Of a DNA stretch of 64,000 nucleotides, positions 1-11,700 are shown in pieces (within the stretch, counting starts at the first letter, position 1; each line of letters starts with the position of its first letter). Under the pieces are notes generated by a model that was given only the letters and a program-made list of their open reading frames with translations, was not told the DNA's origin and searched no databases. The position numbers and the translations under genes are program-made. Source of the DNA: Chrysomallon squamiferum (Eukaryota; Animalia; Mollusca); assembly GCA_012295275.1 (NCBI GenBank), contig CM022675.1, forward strand, positions 14,136,001-14,200,000, in the 5' to 3' direction.

Positions 1-20
1 TTCAAGTTGAATATGACTTA

Positions 21-62
<42 letters not shown>

Positions 63-142
63 GTATTTAATATTTAATAGTTATATGTTTAAATTCTAAT
101 TATTTCGAAACTGCCTTGTAAAATTTAAAAAATTATCTTTAG

Positions 143-336
143 AGCCGTTCCACTGCGTTTGTGCCACCAACTCAACCATAATAAGATCATCCGAGTCAGA
201 AAACAGTCTACCCCTACACCAGCTCTTCCGCAAGAGTTGTCTTACAAACCAAGGTCAAGGCCATGACAGACACTGGACCAGAGTGAAGATTTCACAAAAC
301 AAGGTTCAAAATCTGATGTTTCATCCTTTAGTATAA
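143..336 (+). CDS. Candidate exon of unknown affiliation (upstream PGRP exon or last exon of a preceding gene)
   Basis: Acceptor tctttag at 136-142, then a GC-richer open frame PFHCVCATNSTIIRSSESENSLPLHQLFRKSCLTNQGQGHDRHWTRVKISQNKVQNLMFHPLV*. AATAAA follows at ~415 and ~503. No recognisable homology and no strong donor. Confidence 0.25.
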
Positions 337-860
337 TAATTATTGTTACAGCATTTTGTATTTTTACTAAGTGTATATTTGCACTTCCTGCCAATTATGC
401 CGTTTCAAAGATCAAATAAATTAGCCTTAGTATACAATAACAACAGCAATATCAATAACAATAATATGTGTGTACTATATTTTCTATGAGTGGCGTATAT
501 TCAATAAAGCACAGGTTTCGAAACATCTTCTAAGTGTACCCCTTGATGCGTATCATTTTCACAACATCATGGCAGAGCAACTTCAGTACTGTTACTTGAT
601 GCATTAGAAAAATGTGCACAGGACTTTAATCTGAAAACACAATGAAAATTATAATTTTGAAAAAGAAAAGAGAAAAGAAAAATAGTTCAACTTCCGTACA
701 AATATTGTTTTTACTTATTATTTCAGACTAATTCATGAATGTTTACACTCAGTCTTGTTTTACTTTATTATAATTGTTTTTATCGTTTGTTTTTATTTTA
801 TTTTATTTTATTTTATTTTATTTTATTTTTTTTTTTGCTCTCTTTCTCTTTGTCTCACAG

Positions 861-2872
861 TATGGCTTGGTGAAGACTAATAATGTAGCTTTCCACGATC
901 ATTGCGTATGTAAGTAATAATATTGATATTGTTTTATTTTACTTTATGTATCTTTATTATTGTTGTTGTTCCTTCTTTTTTTTTTTTTGTTATTTGTTTT
1001 GTCGTTTGCTGTTGCTTTGTAGGTTTTTTTTTGTTGTTTTGGGTGTTTGTTTTGTTTTTTGTTTATTGGGTTTTCTTTTGGAGGGAAAGGAGAGTTGTTT
1101 TTTTCTAGGTGTTTGTTGTTGTTTTGTTTCTATGTGTTTCTTGTTGTTTTGTTGTTGTTTTGGGGAGTTGTTTTGTAATGGGAGGGTTTTACTGGTTTGT
1201 TTGTTGTAGTTATTTGTTTTGTTTATTGGTATGAGTTTTTGTTGTCCTTGTTCTTGATCTTGTTGTTCCTTTTTATTCGTTTTATTTTTTATTTTTTTAG
1301 CTATTCACAGCTCTGCAGGTCATCATCAGAATCTCGAGCTGCCGGGGTGTCCGTATATAATCAGTCGCAGTAACTGGGGGGCACGCCCTCCGCGCGCAGT
1401 TCATCACCTAACACACAAACCCTCATTCTTGATCGTTCACCATGGCGCCACTGTGGGTTGCTCCTACCGAGAAGAATGTATACGTGAGGTCAGAGCTTAC
1501 CAAGACTTCCACATGGACGGACATGGTAGACGTTATTTATAATGGTCAGAAATATATATATGGTCAAAATCGTCGCCTGCTAATTGTCATTTGTGGTCGG
1601 TTTTCTCCTAAACGTCCATCCTACACCCCATAAATGTATTATATATTACCGTTTCTGTACGAAATGACGTCAGAAAGGAATACTGATCGTCTAGGGCTTT
1701 CAAATAAACAAGACGGACGTCGTACATATATTGCCATTTTCAGGGATACTGGCACCATGCAGACTTTGTTATACTCATAATCTGTAAAGGTTAAAGTCTA
1801 GAAAATGTACATTTATTTATTCAATAACAAACACGCTTTCCTTTGTTAGAATTATGGATACATTATTTATATATTTTTACTCTTATTGCTACAACTACTA
1901 CTACTTTTACTACGACTACCACTACCACAACACTACCATTACTACTACTATCCACCATCACCACAGTTATTATATTTGCTATTCCCATGTGTGGTTTTTA
2001 TAATTATTTAATTATTCATAAATTTCTGTAAATACTTTTCTATAATTTATTTGCACTGTTTCAGGCTGGGATGACATTGGTTACAGTTTCCTGATCGGCG
2101 GTGACGGCAGTGTTTATGAGGGGCGTGGCTGGGATAGGGTGGGAGCTCACACACGTCACTACAATAATGATGGTTTGGGTACGTAATTATTTTTAGTTTG
2201 GTTCTTCTAGAGCAATTAACTTTTCCATTTTTGCAGTACATAATTTTTATCTTTAATCGAAGTGAAAATTTTCTGTAGGTTGTTTTTAATTTTAATCTTT
2301 TATTAATTTGCTTTTTCTTTTATTTCTTTTTGTTTTATTTCTTTCTTTTTTTTTTTTTTTTTTTTTTTACTGTAAGAAATGAAAGTGTATCAAATATGCT
2401 TTTTGTAGCATTAATTAAAATTGTGATCATCAACCTTATTACTGCTACTATTGCTGCTGTCACTACTAATTACTAGAATGCTATTGCTGCTGTGTTAGTA
2501 CTACTACTACTACTACCATACTACCACTACTGCTACTACTACTACTCTACTACTAGTCATCCATTTCTCCATTTTCTCATTCGAATTTAAAGCAAATAAA
2601 GAAATTCAGTATATTTCAGTATTATTTTAATGTACACAGGAACCTGTATGATTGGTAACTACATGAAGACGTCGCCAACACAATGGCAGCTGGATCAGCT
2701 GAGACGTCTTTTCGCCTGTACGGTGTCTAACAACAAAGTAATTTCTGACTACACGTTGCTGGGTCATCGCGACACGTGGAATGGCACACTTTGCCCGGGT
2801 GACAGTTTGCATGCAGTCATTGAAACCTGGCCGCACTTTGACCTGTATCATAAACGAATTGTGTTCGGATAA
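861..2872 (+). CDS. PGRP: Peptidoglycan recognition protein (PGRP), amidase_2 domain, catalytic PGRP-SC/LB-like; start codon unresolved
   Basis: Exons 861-909 (tentative), 1301-1525, 2065-2178 and 2640-2872 join in phase 1. They give [15 protein letters not shown]...LIVHHGA..C...C...[46 protein letters not shown]...GTCMIGNY...LLGHRD...TLCPGDSL...WPHF, which are textbook PGRP motifs. AATAAA at 3315-3320. Confidence 0.93.
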
Positions 2873-2926
2873 GTCTAGAACTTCACACCTTTATCATTTA
2901 ATATTGTAGTTGTTTTACTTTTTTTC

Positions 2927-3030
2927 TACACATAGTTCGTTTTGTTGTTGTTTGTAGTTATTGTTTGTTTTCTTCTTTTTTCAACACATTATTCGTTTTA
3001 TTATTGTTTATAGTTACTGTTTTTTTCTTT

Positions 3031-3074
<44 letters not shown>

Positions 3075-3140
3075 ATTCGTTTTGTTTTTGTTTATTTGTT
3101 TGTTGTTTTATTCTTTTTTTTTTTTTTTTTTTTTTTTTGT
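2927..3140 (+). repeat. Three degenerate direct repeats (ACACATWRTTCGTTTT...) separated by poly-T in the PGRP 3' UTR
   Basis: Copies begin at ~2927, ~2984 and ~3068. Confidence 0.6.
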
Positions 3141-3234
3141 TTTGGTGTTGGGTTTGTATTTTTGCGTGTGGGAGTTTTTTTTGCTGTTCGTTTTTTGTTT
3201 TCTTTGGGTGGGTTGGGGTCGGGGACGGCTATTA

Positions 3235-3266
<32 letters not shown>

Positions 3267-3394
3267 AAACACGTACTGGTGCACAGAAAGTAAAACTTGA
3301 CTTCTGCATTAAGAAATAAACTCGTATGGATTTTACTTTTTTTTCACATACTGTCATGGATGTGTTGAATGAGGAACCCATCACAATGCCTCCA

Positions 3395-3546
3395 ATAATA
3401 ATAATAATACAATGTTTCTATTAATAATAATAATGATGATGATGATGATGATGATGATAATGATAATAATGATAATGATAATAATAATGATAATAATAAT
3501 AATAATGATAATGATAACAATGAGGATAATGATAATAATAATAATT
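3395..3546. repeat. (ATA/ATG)n compound microsatellite
   Basis: Directly visible; it explains the poly-I/poly-M ORFs. Confidence 0.9.
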
Positions 3547-6500
3547 CTAACAAAACGTCTTCGTAAGATATTACCCAGAACAATGACAATGATCATTACC
3601 AACACAAGCATTAGTGTGAAAAACAATAAAACACACAGTCTGACTTTAAGTAAAACACAAACTCTTTTTACAGTGAGAAATAAAGCACTTTTTAATGCAG
3701 GCCTATCCCCACTGAACACAAAACTGCTGTAAAGCACAAGGCAACATAAACGTTTTTCCCTAAACTGTAAGTGTTAACATCAATTTTTAACATTTAGAAC
3801 TGCTTTTTATAAATCAGCATTTCACCTTTTAAAGAGTTGTTTCTAAATACCAGTTTCACATTTAGAATGGCTATTTCTAAATTGATTTTTCATAATTCGA
3901 ATAAACATTTAAAGACTAAAATTTCAGAATGGCCGTTTTTTTCAATTTTCCCATTTACAATGGCTACAGTTCTTTTTAATATAATTTTGCTGGTGACATT
4001 ACTTTATGTATACTTTGATTCCTGATGTGCGAAATATACAAATTAAATATACATAATAAAAATTGTTTAAATTCTATTTCAACTGTTATAATCTTAGTTG
4101 AGGCATGAAATTAAATAATGTTTCTTTGACACCAAAGTTCTTCCAGTTCCAACCAAATAATAACCTAAACTGTAAAATCATTCCATAAAGAATAGGTATA
4201 GTGTATTTGCCCCCTTCCCAAAAAGTTATTATCTTAGCTCTGTTTTACCGAGATGAATCTGAAAACTTTATCTATAATCTGAGGTCAACTATGGTATTAA
4301 GTAGTCACTGAAAACAATTAAACTGATACATGTTATTAACAACAGAACAAGTACAGTAAATAAAAGCAAAATACAGAAATAAAATATTTTCTTAACGTTG
4401 AAAGTACATTTCAACCAGTTTGCAAGTAGATGATAAAATAATACTGACAATGCTTGGCAAATAAATGTTTCTTTTTGCACATACAGTAATAAACACTAAC
4501 ACACAATTCATTATTAACATTGCTTGGTTTGAAACTGTTTTAAAACACAGTTATTAATGTAAACAGAATTTTAAAACATTTTAAAAACACAATCAATTAT
4601 TAATGTTGCTTGGAACAGAAGTCAAAAACCATCAGCAGAGTTGGAGACAGATATGAGAGAACTGCATGTCCCCTTAGCGCCACTCTATTTATAACAGGAA
4701 ATGTTGTAACATGGAATACATAAACATACATTAAAATGTGTAAAAACATTCAATAAGGTGCATTTATAGGGATGATGAATAATTTTTGTGGCAGTGATTT
4801 AAGATAGGTTCCAATATTCATGCTTATAAAAATAAAATATCAATCAAATCTCTAAGAAGTCAAATTATAACTTTAACAGGCTAATTATTCATATCATGAA
4901 TATAAATTTCAATGATAATTAATAAACAAACAACAAAAATCGTACATTATTTTATTTATATATCTGAAAACATTATTTATATAAGTTTAAAATTCTGTTC
5001 TAAACTTGAGAAATGAATTATATATTACAATTATTATTTTTATATAAACAAAATCTATAAATTCTTTAAAGTGAAACTCTTTTAAATATTGATCAAACAA
5101 CAATTTTTAATTAAATTTTATATTCTAAAAATAATTTGAAATTAAATTATCACTTTATCTGAAATTTTGTGTTAACTCTACAATATAAATATTCAAATTA
5201 AATTAATCTCTTTAGTTTATTCTTCATGTATTCAGCCTCAGATCAAATTTTATATTTTTTAAGTTACTATTATTGTTGTCATTTTTTTTTTTTTTTTTTT
5301 ATTATTATTCTTATAAGCATGGATATTGGATCACAAATTATGCTTTGCAGTTCCAAATTTCAAAATATATTTGTACAAATATATAACTGGAACAACAAGC
5401 CTGTTGATGACAACACATACATACATACATAATATATACACAAATTCAGTCTTGAAAATAATTATGTACCTGTACATGACAAACATGGGTCAGTCATTTG
5501 CATATTTAAAAAATTACATAAGACTCCCTTACACAATATACTACAATAAGAAAAACTGTGAAGAACACATGTATTATGTAACAGTGTTTAACTGACAAAT
5601 TTGAATGAAATAAACGTGACAACATTCAAGCATATATGCCTGGGCACCCAAGTCCAGTTGTGTAATATATCCAAAACAGAAACAGTAATAAATGGAAATC
5701 TAGTGTGTTGATCCAGTAGCTAAAATAATACCAGTTAATCATGAAGTATGTTTTATACTGTGAAAACATTCACAGTGGACAGTATGTGTTTTGTAAACTT
5801 AGCTCAGTGGTGGGATGTTAAGACACATATCAACACAAACAATATACATGCTACACAATTTAGGTATTTAATGCAATGTTAACTAGTAACTAGGTTTTCT
5901 TTATGTTTGGGGTGTTTGTTTTAATTTTGTAAAATGTCATTTTCATTTTCATTTTTGTTTTTTTAAATTGTTAATTTCTCTTCAACAAATTCTGCAACAT
6001 AAGAGTTTATAGAAACATTCTCAAAGTGACAGGGTGAATGCTTTAGTGTCAACATAAAACACAGCACCAAAATAAACATCAACATTTACAATTATTTTTA
6101 AAACATTACCATACCAACAGGAATAAATGTAGCATAAATATACATGTATAGACATTCAAAAAATTAAATTAACATGCCATTTTCTTTTTATACATAAAAA
6201 CTAAATTTAAAAGGCAAAATTGCTGTAAAAAAACGACCAATTCCAAAAAAGGCAACCATAAACGAACATGAAAACAATATTTTAAAAACAAAAAAACAAA
6301 AAAGCATAAAATAAATGGTTTTCTTATCTGCATATGATTAAAAATTGTTTAAAGATTGCTTTCTGTACATAACAAATAGAATAAAATGTCATTAATAAAT
6401 ATATTTTTTTATATTTTTTTTTAAATTTTACACAAAAACAAATAAGCACTAAAAATAGTTTGAAATGTCCAGCACTTCAAGCACATTGCTACATCATATG

Positions 6501-6848
6501 TAGTACAGAGATTAGGTTATATATATATATGGTTTTATATGACAGTTATATGTGGATGTGTATTTATAATACATATATACATAATGGTGTGCGTTATTAA
6601 AATTAAATAAAAAAGCAAATACTTAAATTTAAAAAAAAATATTAATAATAACAACTATAAAAAATTATAATTATGAAAAAAATACTGCTATAAGTAAAAC
6701 TGAAATTTATTTCTCTATATTTATTATTCATAACCAAATTAAGATATGACAGTTTCTTATTTTTTTATACTTATTCTTTATTTCTTTTTTCTTTGATTCT
6801 TTCAGTTATTTATTTTATTTTATTTTAATTCTGTCTGATTGTTATTCA

Positions 6849-6886
<38 letters not shown>

Positions 6887-8743
6887 CAGAAACTAAGTTA
6901 AAGAGACAAATAATCAACAATACCAACTAATTATTTTTCTTAAACATAATATTGGAAGAATGAAGACATCAACTTTCTTATTGCCATATATCTGCAAAGT
7001 CATCAGGGTTATATTCATGAATTATATAAAAATCAAATAAAAACAAACAATGCAGCTCAATATTGAGAAATGATAAAGAATAAATATAAAAATTAATGCA
7101 TAATAATAACACATGTGATGTAAAAAATTTAAATTAGTGTAATAGTTTGCAATTCTAATATTAATTATCTTATGTCATCCAGCCAAAACAAGAAAAAATA
7201 AAACTGTGATGCATTCAGTTATTTAACTTAAAAATGAAAATAACAACTCCTTAGTGTTTAACTGTTTGTGTAGATAAGTGTGTGTGTGTGTGGGTGTGTG
7301 TGTTTGCTGGTGTGTGGGTGTGTTCAAATGATTTGTTAACAATAATTACAAAATTACTGAAGCAGTTTTAAATCAGAAATAATTGAACCCAAACCATTTA
7401 TACATTAGAATAACTGTCACAGCTTTTTTCTTCTTTTTTTATATGTATGTATACATCTTCACATAAAGAAAACAGATTGTAAAAATAGTTTAACTAGTTC
7501 TGACTGGGTTTAAGCTGATTTAAAAGTTATAATTAACATGGTATTATCTATACAACGTTTTGATAAACATCGCTTCTTTCTTAGTAAAAGTATAACATTA
7601 ATTTTTTTTTTTTTTAATTAAATCCAAAAATCATTTTAGAGGGCATAAATGGGATAGTAGTGCTTTGTGAATATATATATTTTTTATTTTTTTATGAAGT
7701 TATTTATAATTAAAATACATTTTCCTTTACTTTTCACTTGTGGTTACTCTAAAATTAAAAATACAAAACATACTAAAAATAAATAAATAACAGCAATAAT
7801 TTTTAAAAAAACGTCAGTGTATCTATGAATGAGTGAAGCTGAACAAGTGACATGTTTATCCTTGTACTTCACTCACCCACCTAGATCTGCCACTGATCAT
7901 TGTGCAGTAAGATTTGTTATGTCAAATTTAACATCTTGTATTATTCTTACTTTCTATCTCAAGTTTTTTTTTTTTTTTTTAACATAATTCCTTCTCAAAC
8001 ATTAGCTTCCTGGTGCTAAGTTCTCTTTTAAATATAAATAAAACATATTTAAGCTGTAATTAAATTTTTATTTTTAGGAAACTGTTTTGTTGTTGTCCTG
8101 CCTGTTCATTCACACACAAAGGTGCATTTTCAGAACACAAATAATGGCAGTATGAGATTCAACTTACTAAATCAAATACATGATAAAAATCTAAATATTT
8201 ATTTCTGGCATACACAAAATAATTCTGGTAAAGATTATTTTACTGCATTACTTATTATTAAGTTCTCAAAAGTTATCATCTTGATTAATATTTTGTAAAA
8301 AAAACATTATCAATCAATTAATTAATAAATTAATATATTTAAGTTGGTAATGTAAATCATTTTATACTGTCCATAAATTTAAAAAGTCATTATTTGAATC
8401 TTTTAAAAGGCCAGATATTAGAATAATGGATGTCATTGACAATATATCAGTCTGGTGATAAGGACATTATTGACTGCATCCAGTAAGGGTCTCCCTTGGT
8501 ATCTGATAAGTCACTGACTCATTTACTGCGGCAGATCATCAATGCCTTTATAATAACTTATGCTACCATCTTAAGAATAACTTATATAAATCACTATTCC
8601 ATAAGTTTCTAGATTTGGCACTCAAACTGAATTAATTGCAATATCACTTAATGAGATTAAAGCAAATAAAATTAAAAATTAAAAAAATCAGATTTGCTAG
8701 AGGATGAAGACAATGCTTTTAGGAGTTTTAGAAAATGATGAAG

Positions 8744-11700
8744 CTACATCACACTGCTGTCACCATCAACGACATCAAACTGTTTCAGCTGGTGGAAACT
8801 CAGACTTGGTTTCTTGAGTGACAAGTTATTTTTTAGCACTTCACTACTGTTGTTCTCATGTGTCATTAGTCTGTCGTCATACAGTGACAGGCGCATTTTT
8901 GAATCTTTGACATGTACTGGTGTTTTGATTCGACGTTTTATTTTCTCGCTTGGTTCCAGGTTCTCATCCGATGACTTCAGTGAAACATTTGGTGCTGAAA
9001 GCCCTGTGCCCCCATTACAACATGACTTTTTGTCACTGCGGCAGCCATCACCACTGCAGAGAGACAGAGATGTTGGTCGCGGTTTTCTAACTGATTCAAA
9101 CTGTTTAAGTTCTTGCCAGTTTGAGTCAGATGCATGTGGTGGTGGGCTTAAATTTGAAGCACTCCGAGACTGGCCAGATCCTTTTAATTTAAGAACTGGC
9201 TGTGGGCTAATATTTCTTAACTTGGCAATTCCTACTTCAGCAAAGCCTAAACGATTCTCTCTGTATTCTGACTTGTTTTGTGACTGAACTGAATCTGTAG
9301 CCTGTGTGTCACCCACTGAATTTGACATCACCCAGTTTTCATTTCCACCACTAACTAAATTAGAATTTCTATGATCACTGTCAGTGACAAGCTGTTTTGG
9401 ATGTGTCTGTGACCTTTCATCTGACAACCCTCTGCTGTAGTTGTAGTGATGACTAGCCAGGTTGCTATGGTGAATCTGGGACTGCATGTCATTGGCTAAA
9501 AGTCTCTGCGACAAGCCAACATCTTGCAGCACAAGATTACTGGGTCGTGTATGGACATGTCCATTTTGTAAATGTACTTCAGTCTGTCTTGCTAACAATG
9601 TGTTTGGTGGAGGGCTGAGAGGCTGCTGAACCTCGTTATCATCATCCACGTTCCCTTCAACATCATTTCTCTGTGAATTTGACCTAGATCCAAACAAACT
9701 CCATGAAGAAAGTTTCACACCCAAATCTTTAGGTCTGAAAAACCTGCCAAATTTTTCTCTTAATGATTTTTTGTCATTGCAATTCTGAAGGTGTCTGTAG
9801 GGAACAAAATTTCTGGGAAGATTAGCAACTTTAGGCTGCATTGTGTGTGTTTCTCGGTCTCCATGCACTTCATTCTGAAGATACGGAATAGGTGTAACAC
9901 GATGGTGACTTAGCGTGTCATTTTGAACAAGAGATGTTTCCAAATCATCAGTAACCGACTCAAACCCTCGCAGATCAGCTGGACTGGTCATCCCAGGAAT
10001 GACCAACTGATTTCCAGAAACGGTCAGTTCTTCATCACTACGTTTATGAGTATTTCTGTCTACTGTCGGGTTTCTTCCTTGGTGTGGCTGCAGTGTGATG
10101 TTTGATCTTGCTAGCTGTAAGTTGTTTGCTTTTGGTGGAAGTGGCTCACTCTCACTGGGACTCATTGGAAGTACAGTGTCCATTGTAGATCCTGACATAC
10201 TCTGGTCAACGTGCCAGTGGTGAGAGTTACCCAGCAACAGTGCAGCACTGTTTTCATTAGGTGAGCTGAGGGATGCTCGGTAATCAACCATGTTGGCTGA
10301 GAATATGTCAATGTTGTGGCCTTGGTCCTGGCTCAGGCTAGTGGTGCCTTTGTCAGAGCAGTCCTGAGTGATGTTTAAGGTGGGGTTCAAGGTGGGAGTT
10401 ACTCCTGGGGAAACAAACAAAGCAAATAAAAATATAAACAACTTAAAAGATTGCTATACAAATATTGTAGATACTAATAACTTATTTATTATGAACAGTG
10501 ACTAACAATACAGCACACATATTCGTTTCTTTTCTCATTACTTTTACTTCTCACACTCTCATACAAGAAAATAGACAATATAAATGTACCCATGCAAACA
10601 TAAATTTTGTAATTTATATAAATAATTTCTTATCATTATATTAAAAGCTAATATAACTGGGTTGCGACAAAGGTTTATAACATTTAAAGTGAAATTCAAA
10701 GTCAGTATTTAGACATTTGTACATAGATTTATTCAACTACAAATGTGCCATTTTGTTCACCTTTTACAATATGAACATATGAACCTTTTTCCAACCCAGT
10801 ACTCTTTTTTAATGAAGGTATGATAATGTTTAAAACAAACCTCTGTGTCTGGTGTCCTGACACCAGGTTGTCATGATCTCTGAAACTCTCATCTCCACAC
10901 ACAATGTTGTGAGTCGAGCTTCAGCATCAGCATCCCAGCAGTCCTCTATTGTCTCCCGTAGCGACCGTATTGCCTGTAACATGCCAGCATTGTAACAGGA
11001 TTAAGGAATAGTCCATGTAAAAACAACATATAAAACTGAGAAACCAAAATTCATTTTTCCAATAGCAATAAATCAATAAGTCATTTGACAAATAAAATAT
11101 TATACTTTTCTTTTCTCACTTGTTCTCTCAACTAAATAAAATTCTGTGGGATTATGTTAGCTTTCACAAATGTCATAAAACTCATGACAGTTAAGCTGTT
11201 GAGATTTACATTTTTTCTTTTTGTTGTAGTTTTTAAAAAGATACACAAGAAAAAAAACCGTATGTTACCTGATTTGTATCTTTCCATATCTCCGGAAATT
11301 TAGGTCGAGCTTTGTTCCTTGAAACAAGCACCTGCATTTCCTCAAACGAAGGATGAGCACCAACCTCTGCTTGATATGGCAACATGTACTCAGGCACAGG
11401 GGCACCTACAAACATAAATAATAATCATGATTGTAGAAATGATGAAGAGGAAGATAATGTTATCAACGATGATGATGATGTTGTAATATTAAATCAACTT
11501 TTGGTGATATTGTAATGGTAGTAGTAGTAGTTTTTGTTTTAATGGTAGTGGTGGTAGTAGCATTTTAGTAGTATAGGTGCCAGTGATGTCTTTATAATTA
11601 TTTCAAACACTGTAATCTAAGAATATAAGGGAAAATTGTAACTGTATCTGCAGACTGCATACTGACTTACTGATTTTCATGCATGAATCTAAATCATAAA

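Noticed and set aside
923-1209. Hydrophobic F/V/L/C-rich ORFs (also 2965-3300, 36715-36909, 59339-59605)
   Set aside because: They are translations of T/G-rich low-complexity intron or UTR sequence with no domain signal.
3344-3737. Poly-I/poly-M/poly-L ORFs (also 41358, 49572, 50085, 55028, 55047)
   Set aside because: Microsatellite artefacts.
8814-9287. 157-aa plus-strand ORF (also 29129-29392, 44095-44301, 52229-52528)
   Set aside because: Antisense shadows of real exons with no independent support.
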